Shown here: one piece after another, positions 1 through 11,843 of the stretch
How the letters are laid out: every line of letters begins with the position of its first letter
How positions within the stretch are numbered: position 1 is the stretch's first letter
NCBI GenBank assembly: GCA_965203295.1
Contig: CBDBCZ010000019.1
Location: 1,760,001 to 1,824,000, forward strand
Source: Nitrospirales bacterium
GTDB taxonomy: Bacteria; Nitrospirota; Nitrospiria; Nitrospirales; UBA8639
Direction: 5' to 3'
Length of the DNA: 64,000 nt
Notes under the pieces: model-generated
The model's database searches: none
What the model was told of the DNA's origin: nothing
Seen by the model: only the letters and a program-made list of their open reading frames with translations
Made by a program: the position numbers and the translations under genes

Positions 1-55
1 GGTCGGAACGGAATCCTATGGTGTCGATGAGGAAGGAAATGTTCTGATTCAGTAA
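1..55 (+). CDS. 3' end of an upstream CDS (partial, unknown product)
   Basis: Frame 2 reads VGTESYGVDEEGNVLIQ to TAA at 53-55, just before the DUF1318 gene. Confidence 0.4.
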   Translation, partial: VGTESYGVDEEGNVLIQ

Positions 56-202
56 CCAATGAACCGTAGCCCTTCGGGAATTGGAGGCGTGTAGTCGTAG
101 GACCTCCACTCTTGTTCTCTGCTGCTGCTTCCTCCATTGAAGCAAGATGGATGCAAAAGTTGTACAATAGATAGTGGTTATATCTAGAGCTGGAACCTGA
201 AC

Positions 203-776
203 ATGATCATTCATAGTATTAAAAAGTTGACATGGGGCTTCCTTATCATTGCTACTGGCTGTGGAGGGCCACTCGTAGGGGTGACGGTTGTGGACGAACG
301 AACAGCGCTGGAAAACCAAGTCCTTGGGACCTACCAAGAATTGAACCAGAAAGTACTCCTGGTGGCATCAGTTCGTTATATCGATCCCAAGGGAAAACTC
401 CAGAAAAATCAGGAAATCCCCCCAGGGAAGAAACAAGCGATTCGCGCCATGCAACGATCCTCCTTTAATAAAGACGACATTGATCGGTTGAAAGGTCAGG
501 CTATCATCGGAGAAAACAATCAAGGTGGGGTTCATCTTTTGTCTCCTAAAAAAATAGAGGCAGGCCAACAGGCTTTTGTGGAGAATCTAATCAAAGAAGA
601 AAATGCCGATCGTGAGATCGTGATACAACGGGGTGATTAAAACCAATGAAAACCTTTCCGAAAAGGATTTGGCTAGGGTTCGGAAAATGTTCGCAGCATT
701 AAACCGTGATAAAGCACGAGTGGGAGACAGGATCCAATTAGAAAATGTTGAATGGGTTAAAAAAGAAAAACCATAG
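203..776 (+). pseudogene. DUF1318/YdbL-family lipoprotein, one frameshift
   Basis: Lipobox-like IATGC; ERTALENQVLG and IGENNQG..EENADRE motifs; extra G in the run near 630, shifted frame continues VIKTNENL..GDRIQLENVEWVKKEKP to TAG 774-776. Confidence 0.75.
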
Positions 777-916
777 ATGGATTGTCTTGTAAAAACTTCA
801 ATTTCAACTGACGGACTCTGTCACATGAGTCCAAAATTTTCTGCTCTACGCAGGAGATATGAATCGTGTCGTTAGGGGATATTCAGGATGTTGGGTTAAA
901 TTGTTTTTATTTAAGC

Positions 917-1106
917 GGGGTTTCGGCCCTGCACGAGGAGGTCCTTTTGTTTTGGCAAAAGGACCCAAAACCATTCCCGCTCGCACATGGCCCTGCGGGT
1001 CTCCTTCGTCCCAACACCGAATCACATGGCTGCGGAACTCGCTTCGCTCAGACAGTCCTCGCCGAAAAGCCGATTCGGCGCTGGGACTCAGCCATACGCA
1101 AGGCGG
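917..1106 (+). repeat. Structured ~190 bp dispersed repeat, copy 1
   Basis: Clear similarity to 19469-19657 (reverse complement) and 21511-21702; internal hairpin GGTCCTTTTG-N6-CAAAAGGACC. Confidence 0.95.
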
Positions 1107-1257
1107 AACACACAGATTCAAAACTGAGGACAATCTTTTTAAACCGCATACACTTTTTCACCGTCACGCCTGCAGACGTTAGCAGACATCCAGGTTGTTT
1201 GGTTAAATCGTCTTTACTTTGAGCAGGATTTCGGCCTGGCGAAGCAAATCAGATCTT

Positions 1258-1292
1258 TAAACTTTAAACTCGAAACCTTAAACTTGAAACTC
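1258..1292 (+). repeat. Degenerate 7-mer tandem repeat (TAAACTT/GAAACTC)
   Basis: taaactt taaactc gaaacct taaactt gaaactc; similar runs near 19667-19693 and 21841-21860. Confidence 0.7.
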
Positions 1293-4200
1293 CCCTCCCT
1301 CTTTAGCCTAGCATGCTGGTCGGTCCTCTGGGTCTAGCCCTCATTGATGTTTGCTGCGGGGCCAGACAAGGTAACATCCCACCCGGCTCTAGACTATTTT
1401 CCCTCTCCCTCTCAAGACGGCCGGTATCTTGCGTTTATTTCCGAACGAGCAGGCAATCCAGATATTTGGCTCAAATCCCTTTCTGCTGGTGCTGTTTCCC
1501 TTCCACGGCACCTCACGACCCATCCAGCCGTGGATCGAGATCCTGCCTTAAATGCCGATGGGAGCAAGCTGCTGTATGTTTCCCATAAAACAGATCCACG
1601 TGGGGATATTTATCTGATAGATCTTGTGACGGGAGAAGAAACCCAGCTTACAGATTCGTCCAGTGGTGACTCTGTCCCCCAGTGGGGGCCTGAGGGGAAC
1701 CACTTCTATTACCTCAAGCAAAACCCTTCTAGTGGAACTGGAGGCATCTACCGGAGAGATTTAGAAAGCAATGAAGACCAGCAAATTCTCGAACGGGCTT
1801 CGGGTTATTCCGTTGGCCTTAATGGCTGGCTTGTGTATTCGGAGGAAGATGCCTTACGAATGGTCAACCCTGCTCATCCGGAGGATCTTACAACGCTAAC
1901 ATCAGAAGGCTTTTTGGATCTATGGCCTACCCTGTTCGTCTCGGGTTCTGACCCTTTAATAAGGAAACACATGGTGTTTTTTTCTCGCTACAAAAAAGAT
2001 ACCAATCGTGACGGCATTCTCGATCCGGATGATGAATCTTCCATTTGGATGTCGGGATGGGATGAATCCACCCATCAGTCCTCTGGGCTTTACCGGATGA
2101 CCCCATCTGGCCAATTTCATCTGTATCCATCAGCCGCTCAGGAGTTTGTGTATTTTTCCGATGTAAAAAAAGGGGATATTTTCCGAATCGACATAAATAC
2201 CTTCCTCAACTCTTATGCCACTTTTGAAGAAGCCGATATTCTCGCCAATGACTATCTCGATAAAGGACAACAAGTCCTTGGCCTTCTTGTCCTGACAAAT
2301 ATCTCACGTAATCTCGCCATCAAATTTTCATTTGAAAAGAGAGTTCAATTTGACTTGCAGTATGTTGAACGTTTCATCGAGGCGAAACAATACGGATTGG
2401 CCCAACAGGTTTTGGCCTCTTATTCGGATTCCAGTGGAAAAATCGGTGCGCTATTTCAATTGCATTCCATTGTTCTAAACATTCGCCAACAAGCTGGAGA
2501 GGTTAGCTCCGCAGCACTGGAGCGATTGGTGAAACAAAATGTCTCTAAGCTTATAGCCGTTGGCGATGAATATCGATCCGATGAGACGGTGTATGGACAG
2601 GCTCTCATCGAGGCAGGCCGTTTGCATCTTCTAACCGGAGATTCACTGTCCGCCCTAGATTATTTAACTAAGGTGGATGAACTACAAAATAAAGAAATTC
2701 GCGCAAAGGCCCTCTTTACGAGGGGAACGGTGTATCGTCAACTCGGTGACGAAGCAAGCTTGCTCAACGTTTTCATTGATGTCATTCGGATGTTCGGAGA
2801 AGACAGTTCGTGGGGGAGAAGCGGCATAACACAAGCCATTGCGGTTTCGGAACAAGGAGCCAACATAAATGAGCAGGCAGCCTCTCTTCACGCTTTGGTG
2901 GATCAACATCCCGACCTTCCTCATTCTAGCGGCTTCGGCTCGCCTTCGCATTGCGGATCTTTATGATGAGAAAGGGGAGCAACTGAAAGCCATTCAGGAA
3001 TTGGATCGTATTGTATCTAATCCCCCACCCTTCCAAGAACTGGTTGAGCGCAGTTTCCGGCGCAAGGCTGAAATTCTCTCGACTGCTGAGCGGTATCAAG
3101 AAGCAGCCGATGCTTATGCCAAGCTTGTCGAGCTCACGGGCAAAGACCAAGCCGGTTTGGAACAGACAAGACGACTGATGGTGTTGCAGTTAGTCAGGAA
3201 GGCCCTAAAGGACCGCTCCGTTGGAGAGGTCCGAATCGCTGCCAAGGCTATGAAACGCATCACCGAAGATTACCCAGAATCTGTTGAAGCACATCGGGGC
3301 TACATTGAAACAAAGGTCATGCTCAAAGAAACAGATGATGTTCAAGAGCGGTACATAACATTAACGAAAGAACATTCAGACCACGCTGTCTATCTCTATA
3401 GTCAGGGGCTTGCCCTGTCTTACGCTCAACCATCTGACTTCCCTAGGATCATTGGGTTGATTGAGCAAGCTATTCGTCTGAATCCTGGAATTTCTTATTT
3501 TCACCAAACTCTGGGATGGGCGTATGAGCAGGAAGAACGGATTGGTGGAAAAACAGGCTATCTGGAAAAAGCTGAAGGAGAATATCGAATTGTTTTGGCA
3601 TTGAATGATGAATTTCAATTTCCCCAGGTCAAAGCCAACATTCTCTTAAATCTCGGCAATACCTAACTAGCCCTGAACAATTTCCCGGAAGCCTACCGCC
3701 ACTATCGTCAACGGGATGCTTTGCATTCTCCAGATGGCGATTCCATGACCGAGTTGTTGTATAGGAAGAATTTTGGTGAAGCCTGTTTTAAAGTCGGGAA
3801 GAGTGATGAATCTCTTACTCAATACCACATGGCATTGAAGCGAGTTCCGACCGACAATAGGGCCCTCAAGGCAGAGTTGCTGGAGCGGATCGGTTTAGCG
3901 CAGCAGGATTTGCGGCATTATTCCGAGGCCGTTCAATCCTTTTCCCAAGCGATGGAGATAAACCTCGAACTGGGAAACCAGAAGAATCTCGCATTACTCC
4001 AACGCAATATTGGCGTAAATCTCTACAACCTCAGTACAGGGGAAAATCGCTCTGATAGGGAAGCCTTAAAATGGGCACTCAAAAATTACTTCGCCAGTCT
4101 TGATGTCATTCAACGATCTGGTGCTAAAGAGCAGAAAAAAGGAAAAGGGCTACTCAGTCTGGAAGTCGCCCTTGGGAAGGGCGGATCCCAAGCTGCAACT

Positions 4201-7200
4201 GGATTTGATCGTGCTGGCGAGAAAAAACTCATGTTTAGTTATATCGCGGGGACGTATGAAAAACTCTCACAGCCGGCGTCTGCCCGTGAATTTTACCTCA
4301 AGAAACTCAACCTGCTTTCGGACAGCGCCGCTACTGAAATAGATGTGGCTCGATTGGCTGAAAAAGCAGTGGTGCTCAATCGGGTAGGAGTTCTCTCGCA
4401 TCAGTTAAGCTTGCATGAAGAGGCATTGGATTATATGCGCCAGTCCCTGGGGTATGCACAAACCCTTGAACTGGAATATGGGGTTGGGATGAATTTGTAT
4501 AACATTTCACGGCTGGTAGTTGAACGATCTCTGACCGGTCATGCCGAGGATTGGTCGATAGTTGATACGCTTGTCACAGGTCTGGATCAACAGATGGCTG
4601 ACGGCCGAAGGACGGTCAAACCTTTTATGCGTTAGCGAATACAGCGTTTTTGTTGTACAACCTACCGATTGATAGACGAAATGTATCCCTTAAGGTCAAC
4701 GACATTCTTAGTCGGATACACGACATCTACGGGTATAAACAACGGGTGTGGCCCTATTATTCCAAGGCCAAGGAGATCGCACAGAACGAGCAGGTTTTTT
4801 CTAAAGAGCAGGCCATTCCTCTACTGGTTGTGCTTAATTTGAACTTGCTGGAACTCGCGTTGGAGTCTGGAAAGGAGGAAGCGGCTCAACAACTTCGAGC
4901 TGACCTACTCGAGCTGGTTGAAGACAAAAGCTCTTCAAATAGCTGGCTGTGGTATGTCTCACAGGCTGAGCAAGCTGCTGATCCTGTGGATCGGCTTGAG
5001 TTGCTCGGTAAGGCCTTTGACCTGTTGATGAAATTCCCTTCTCAGGTCTATCCAAAGGGAACAACGCAATCATGGTCTTCTTCATACGATCGATTATCAG
5101 AACTTTACGTTGATGCTCTTGTGAAGAATAAGGATTATATCCTAGCCTTTTCCGTGGCTGAGAGGATAGCCATACCAAAAATCAGTTCGACTATTTATAA
5201 CAATATCGGGTTAGAATTCTTCCTGAACGGTTTAGGAGATTATGAAGGAGAACTCAGGGCAATTCTTTCAGAAATCCAAAAGGAAATCTCGAAGGAAAAC
5301 AGTAAACGCCTGGACGAGCTGTCAATCGAACTGGAAGAAATCCTCTTTGCCTTATACAAAGAATACCCTGGCAAGGTTTCCGCATTCTGGCAATACACAC
5401 CTACGAACGATATCCTTGCGGGTGCTGTCAATTTGGCTCGTCCCTACTTGAAAGTCGTACGTGGGGAAAAAGGCCTACATGGTTTCATACACGACGGAAC
5501 GGAAATCAAGTATGCTCCCCTGGAGATTCGGAGTGCCGCACTTCAATTCAGTGAGCCGTTCTCCTCTATTCTTTCCGATTGTACCTCGCTGTATTTCTCT
5601 CTTCCGGAAAAAATTGACATACCTATTCTTTCACCATCGCTTTCAGGAAAACCGATCTCACGAGTGACCAGCTTTTATGACTTTATGAATGGATACCATC
5701 AACGGTCTCTTTTTTACACAAAGGTTGCGATCGCAGGAGAGTTGCCTCTTGATCCAAACTTGACTGCTGGCGAGGTGCCTATTTCTACGCAATCCCTCAC
5801 CGGAACTCTAGAAAATCATCAGACAGCCTTGGCGGAGATAGATATCCTTAGTCTCCACCAAAGGTCACAAAGGTCTCAAGTTTGAAATCGGGGAGGAAAT
5901 GGGAATCCAAGACTTCATAAGCGTAGAGGATTTGGCTGACGGAGCTCGCCACACGGCGTTGGTATTAGATCTTAGATCCACTGGGATTGAGGACACGGCT
6001 TTGCTGGTGTCTGGCCTGATACATTCTGGCTTTCCTCACGTCGTCGTCAGTACGAAATCCTATAACCAAGCGCAGGCACAACGGTTCGTCTCTCTCTACC
6101 TTGCTTACCTTGCCGATCTTCCACCCGCTGAAGCCGTGACGGTGGCTGAAGAAGAAATATTTGGAGAACATCTGTCTTCCAGCCCTTATATCTTCTATGG
6201 ATACGGTGAAATGGATGAGGAGGAAAAGGCGGAATTTACTTCGTCAATGTATTCACAAGAACTTGATGAAGCCGTCGCGCTGTATCAGGAAGGGAAGTTC
6301 AGTGAGGCATTGCACAAAATGAAAAATGCTCTATCCGTTATCGATTATGCCAACAAAATGGAGGACTTCAGCGAACTCACGAAGTTGACGGTAGATGCTG
6401 CCTTCCAGATCGGCGAGTATGAAAAAGCTGTCTTTCACCAGAAGAATTTGCTCAATGCTTTGAGTGATTCACCTGACCTAGAAGAAAAATCTGAGGTGTT
6501 GTATCAATTAGGCATTCTCTACTCAAGGCTTGAGCAGTTTGAGTCGGCGATTCAACATCTGAAAGAAGCCATCGATTTGTGGACCCAGGCCGAAGAGTTG
6601 GACCGCCTAACGAAGGGATCGCGACGCTTGTAGTGGTTCGAGAGAATATGGGGGACTATTCCGAAGCCTTAGTCGAGTTTGAGCGATCCTACAATCTGTA
6701 TCAAGAAATTGGTGAAATCGGGGATATCGCCACACAAAATCGACGCATCGGAAGAATTTATTATCTCCGGTTGGGACGCTATGAAAAAGCCAGGAAACAA
6801 CTTCTTGCTGCTCTGGCTCACTATCAAGAGCTAGAAGATCGCAGAGGAGAAGCAGAGACATTGCTTGAGATCGGGCTGACCTATGAAAAGATGGGTCTGT
6901 TTGATGAGGCTGATCAGCGATATCAGGAAGGCATCAGAATCGGCGAAGAATTGGATGATTCTTTTCTGTTAGCATCGGGCCATTTATATATGGCCAATAC
7001 GGACTGGTTCAGGGGAGACTACCAAGAAGCGTTTCAATCCCTGACGCGGGCAAGAAAATTCGCTGAGAATGCCGACGATACTCAACTCAGAATCATAGTG
7101 AGGAATACTCGCGGCCTGATTTATTGGACGTTGAATGATACGGACAAAGGATTGAATCATTTGAAACAGGCAATCGCTCTTGCCGAAGAAGCGGACATTA

Positions 7201-9059
7201 AAACAGAATTAGCTTCCTCCCTGAATAACATGGGGCTGATTTATCGCCAAAGAGGAGAGTATGTAACCTCTTTGGAATATTTTGAGAAAGCCAAGGATAT
7301 CGACGAATCTCTCAATAGTCGGTGGGGTTTGGGATATGACTATCGGAATATCGGGATGTCACTCCTGAAACTCGGCAGGTTGACCGAGGCCGAGGCGAAT
7401 TTCGTACGTGCCGAACAAACCAGTGCAGAAATAAAAAATGCCATCAATTGGGTTAAAGCTCTTTTGGAGCTTGGCAACGTCAATCGCGATTTAAAAAAAC
7501 CAGATAAGGCTCTGGGCTATTACGAAGAAGCCTATACACATGCTAAAAAGTACGGGATCAAAGAAGTTCAATGGCGAGCAGCAGCTGGAAAAGCCAGTCT
7601 CTTGAAGGATCGTGGGAGTCAAGAAGAAGCCTTTACCTGGTACGCCAATGCAGTAGAGATTGTGGAAGGTATGCGGGCCTCTTTGAAGATAGACGAATTG
7701 CGAAATACTTTTCAGGCCAACAAGCTGGATTTGTATCGGGATACAATCAGTCTCCTCGTTAATATGGTGCGAACAGAGGATGCCTTTAATTACTTAGAAC
7801 GCTCACGGTCCAGAAGTTTTATCGACCTATTAGGAAACCAAAAATTGACGCTCAAAAGTGAGGTCGATCAACAGGCACTTGAAAAGATCTCGGCCTTATC
7901 CGTTCGAGTGGATGCGCTAAAAAGAGAGCTGGGTTCCTATGATGAACCACCGACTGACCTCCTCGAGCAGTACCGGGAGGCCAAAGTATTCTACGATGAG
8001 GCGATTATTGACCTCAAACAAAATAATCCATCTTTAAGCAGCTTTGTCGCTGTGGATCCACTTACTGAATCTGACGTGGAGGAGTTACTGGAAGCAGGCG
8101 TGGGGCTTCTGTCCTACATGTTAGGTGTACATTTGGGTTCTCAAACAAAAAGGAACCTCCTTTTACAGAAATCCCATAGGAAGCCAAGACATTGCAACAA
8201 TCGTACGGAGTTATCGTGATGCCGTTCAGCACTTGGAACCTGTAGATGATGAATTAACGAAACTCTATGATTTCTTAATCAAACCCTTGGAGCAAGATCT
8301 CGAAGGTTTGGCCTATGTTGGGATCATCCCTGATGGTCCCTTGCACTTTCTTTCGTTCTCTGCCCTCAAGAAGAAGCAGACCTATCTAGTTGAACGGTTT
8401 CCTCTCTTTTCTTTTACACTCCCTCCGCTTCCGTGTTGAAATTTACCTTTAGCAAACGGAGGGAGAAAAAAGTCACGAACGTTCTGGCTGTGGGCAATCC
8501 GGATTTGGGTAATTTTAACTATGACCTTCCTTTGGCTGAACTCGAAGCACAAAGCATTAAATGGAATTATCCCGATATGTACATTTTGACTGGAAGCAGG
8601 GCCACAAAAGAATGGTTTATCAAGAACATTTCACGCTATGGTGTGATTCATATAGCCGCCCATGGCGAGTTTGATGAATTTAACCCACTTTTTTCGTCCC
8701 TCTGGTTAGCTTCGGAGCAACCTGACAATCGTCGTCTGACCGTAAAGGAAGTCTTCGGGTTGGAAATTAATACTGATTTGGTGACACTAAGCGCTTGTCA
8801 AACGGGATTAGGGAAGTTGGAGGCTGGGGAAATCATTGGGTTAAACCGAGCTTTCATCTATGCAGGTACACATGCCCTGGTTTCCGCTCTTTGGAGAGTG
8901 GATGATCTCTCCACCTCGGTTATAATGAAGCATTTCTACCGGAATTACGTCACAATGGACAAAGCCAAAAGCTTGCCGCAGGCCCAATTGATCGTGAAAA
9001 AAGAATTCCCTCACCCTTCATACTGGGCAGGATTCAACTTGGTGGGTGATTATCAATAA
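1284..9059 (+). pseudogene. Giant (~2,500-2,600 aa) PD40/TolB-like propeller + TPR + degenerate CHAT + TPR + CHAT protease, fragmented
   Basis: Consecutive ORFs 1344-2966, 2869-3666, 3721-4635, 4650-5885, 5899-6633, 6579-8219, 8125-8439 and 8433-9059 join into one protein; PD40 repeats (PSPSQDGRYLAFISERAGNPDIW); many TPRs; CHAT motifs IIPDGPLHFLSF, IHIAAHG, LVTLSACQTG, HPSYWAGF; signal-peptide-like MKLPSLFSLACWSVLWV from TTG 1284, broken by TAG 1335. Confidence 0.85.
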
Positions 9060-9161
9060 TAGTTTGTGATGGCTTTTATCTCACTCGTGTAGCCTAAGAG
9101 GATGATTTTCTTAATAAGGTTCTGAAAAGCCAAGCCAGTTTTTCTAAAATACGGAGATCGT

Positions 9162-9677
9162 ATGAACAAAATTTTTACCATGTTGTGTCTATTAGTGGGG
9201 CTCCTGATTCTTTTCCCAGGAACAGGATTGGCCGATACCATGTTTGCCAAGAAAGATCGTGTCAAAGTGACGGCAAAAAAATCACCTACGTCCAAGGTTA
9301 TCGCCATCTTACGTTTAGGTGATCAGGTCGAGGTCCTCAAAAAAAGCGGGAGGCAGTATCAGGTTAAACTCGGAAGTGGAAAAACCGGTTGGGTGTTTAA
9401 ATTTAAATTGGCGAAAGAAAAACCAACCCGGGGGAAAGAGGGTGGGAGTTCCCTCTCAGTTTTGACGGGAAAGAAAACGATCGTAGCCAGGGAGGCAAGG
9501 GCCGGGGGAAGCATCCGCGGCCTCAAAGAAACGACCGAACAATACGCTAAAAAGAAACAGATCAGTCCTGTTCACCAAAAATAAGTTGATAAGATGGAAG
9601 AAATGGTGATCTCCGACGATGAATTAGCCCGTTTTCAGAAAGAAGAGGGAGTTGGTGAATATGGAGGAGGTGCCTAA
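9162..9677 (+). pseudogene. Exported bacterial SH3-domain protein with one internal stop
   Basis: Signal peptide; SH3b-like LRLGDQVEVLKKSGRQYQVKLGSGKTGWV; TAA 9582-9584 followed in frame by VDKMEEMVISDDELARFQKEEGVGEYGGGA to TAA 9675-9677, overlapping the next ATG. Confidence 0.8.
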
Positions 9678-10642
9678 TGAAAATAACATATGTGGCTGTT
9701 GGCATAGTGATCATTGGGTTATGGTTATCGAACCAAGCATTAGGGGGATTTTTTGACGACTTACTCAAACCTTCTCCACAAAAGGAAAAATCTCAAGGAA
9801 ACCAGACTCGTGATTCTCAGGAGACATCACAGGGCGAACAACCCGACCTCCTGCAGGGATTCGGGGATATTTTGGGCATCAAAAAGAAAGACGTTGAGCT
9901 CTTCAAAAAGGGAGTAGGTGTTCTGGAAGCCCTTCAACCTATCGGCGAGGAAGAAGAAGTTACACTTGGACAAGCTGTAGCCCTGGAAGCCTTTAGTCGG
10001 TTCGGAGGGGAATACTGTCATGAAAGGCTCACCCGTTATATTAATCTGGTCGGGAACACCATTGCTGAAGTGTCTGACCGTCCCAACCTCAGTTACCACT
10101 TCGCCATTTTAAACAGTCAGGAGCAGAATGCCTTTGCGACACCGGGTGGATATATTTTTCTGACCATTGGATTGCTGAACACCTTAAAAAATGAGGCCGA
10201 ACTTGCTGGAGTGTTGGCTCATGAAATTGCCCACGTGACTCAGAAACATATGCTGGAAACCATCAGGCGTGGAGCTATATTGTCGAATGTTTCGGAATTC
10301 ACCCTCACAGCCATGAACAAAAATCTTGAGATGTTTTCCAATGTGATCGATGAAATTACGGATAAACTCTTTACCAAAGGGTTGGATAAAGACAAAGAAT
10401 TCGAGGCCGATGTCTATGGAATCGAATTCTCGTATCGGGCGGGATATAACCCCCACGGGTTGAGGGATTATCTCAAAACTCTTAAGGCACAAGAGGGTCA
10501 TGCTCAATCAGCCTTCTTTACCACACATCCTTCAACTAGCACCCGAATCGGCAAGGTTGAAAGCATCTTGCAGCAATACCACGATGGAGAATCCTTCTCT
10601 TATGTAACCAAACGATTTCAAGAATATATGAAATCATCATAG
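9677..10642 (+). CDS. M48-family zinc metallopeptidase (exported)
   Basis: NAFATPGG, NEAELAGVLAHEIAH (HExxH), EFEAD and THP..RI motifs. Confidence 0.92.
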   Translation: MKITYVAVGIVIIGLWLSNQALGGFFDDLLKPSPQKEKSQGNQTRDSQETSQGEQPDLLQGFGDILGIKKKDVELFKKGVGVLEALQPIGEEEEVTLGQAVALEAFSRFGGEYCHERLTRYINLVGNTIAEVSDRPNLSYHFAILNSQEQNAFATPGGYIFLTIGLLNTLKNEAELAGVLAHEIAHVTQKHMLETIRRGAILSNVSEFTLTAMNKNLEMFSNVIDEITDKLFTKGLDKDKEFEADVYGIEFSYRAGYNPHGLRDYLKTLKAQEGHAQSAFFTTHPSTSTRIGKVESILQQYHDGESFSYVTKRFQEYMKSS

Positions 10643-10669
10643 GAGAGTCTACTGAGTAAGGCCATATAT

Positions 10670-10795
10670 ATTGAGGCGCGGTCATTTGGGGTACCTCAGC
10701 CTCAGGTTTCTTATCTTCAACGAATCACGGACTCCGCGTGTTGACCCGTCACTAGGGGCAGGCGATGAAGGAGTGCAAAGTTAGGCAATGACCCC
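10670..10795 (+). mobile_element. Transposase 3'-end remnant, copy A (probably Y1/REP-associated type)
   Basis: 10736-10794 matches 13068-13126 at 48/59 nt; translates to ARSFGVPQPQVSYL..VLTRH*GQAMKECKVRQ* followed by CCCC. Confidence 0.55.
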
Positions 10796-10828
10796 TATCC
10801 TGCTATTCGGTCTGACCGTGAGGTCGAA

Positions 10829-11599
10829 GTGACAGCGACTCAGCGTATCCGGCTGCTACGCAACCGCCTGGTCTGGGGCCTTAAGCATCACTTCCGCTGG
10901 CCCGCGCGCGTGCGTCGACTCACAAAGTGGGGCGCCCTCGAGAGCTTGAAGCAGGGCGGTCTGCAGCCCACCACGATCCTAGACGTCGGCGTCGAACAGG
11001 GAACCCCGGAACTGCTGTACACGTTCCCCGATGCCAAGCACGTGTTGATCGAGCCGGTGCGGGAGCACGAGGCCCTGATCAGAGGCGCCTATCGACGGAT
11101 CCAGAATGTCCACATGGTTTGGGCAGCAGCACACTCTGAGGTTGGCGTCGGATCACTCTCCGTAACCCGGAGTCTCGACACCGCAACGCTGAGGCCATCG
11201 GTCGGCGAGCGATGGAATCCCGAGCTTTCACGCCAGGTTGAGCTCGTGACGCTCGATGCCCTTTGCGAAAAAGACGAGATAGGAGGGCCCTATCTGCTCA
11301 AGGTGGATGTGGATGAAACCGACCTAGAAGTCTTGAAGGGTGCGCAGCGCCTCCTGGGTGATACGGAATGCGTGGTCATCGAGTCCAGCTCCGAACAAAT
11401 CGTGGAGCGCGCCAGCTTCCTGCAGGATCAGGGCTTCTTTCTGTGGGGCATCGTCGACGTGGGTTTCAAGGGGGAGGTGCTCTACCAGATGGATTTAGTC
11501 TTTCTCCACACGCGCCTACGAGATGACGAACACTTCGTCCCCTGGGCTGCGCCCGGAGGCGTGGAGCTCCCCATGCGCTCCCTGACCACCTGGCGCTGA
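10829..11599 (+). CDS. FkbM-family SAM methyltransferase
   Basis: ILDVGV, VLIEP, VTLDAL, LLKVDVD, LYQMDLVF motifs; visibly GC-rich compared with neighbours. Confidence 0.85.
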   Translation: MTATQRIRLLRNRLVWGLKHHFRWPARVRRLTKWGALESLKQGGLQPTTILDVGVEQGTPELLYTFPDAKHVLIEPVREHEALIRGAYRRIQNVHMVWAAAHSEVGVGSLSVTRSLDTATLRPSVGERWNPELSRQVELVTLDALCEKDEIGGPYLLKVDVDETDLEVLKGAQRLLGDTECVVIESSSEQIVERASFLQDQGFFLWGIVDVGFKGEVLYQMDLVFLHTRLRDDEHFVPWAAPGGVELPMRSLTTWR

Positions 11600-11843
11600 G
11601 CTAGCCATCCTCTCTCCACCCAGATTCTCACGACGAAAGCGAGGAGGAAGCCTGTGGGTCGTCTTGACTATCTTGCGTTCGATTCGGACAACCATTATTT
11701 CTCGAATTCCTGTGCGACCGATCACCTCGACACGACTTCACTCAATCTATCCCATTTTTTCTTGTCCCTTCTCTTTTATTCTTTTTGCCGTAATGACCGT
11801 TCTCATGTTTCTTGAACTCAAACAGAATACTCTGCTGCACACA

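Noticed and set aside
846..1222. Overlapping ORFs across repeat copy 1 (likewise 19443-19745 and 21362-21891)
   Set aside because: Shadow ORFs of a palindromic repeat; frames differ between copies while base pairing is what is conserved.
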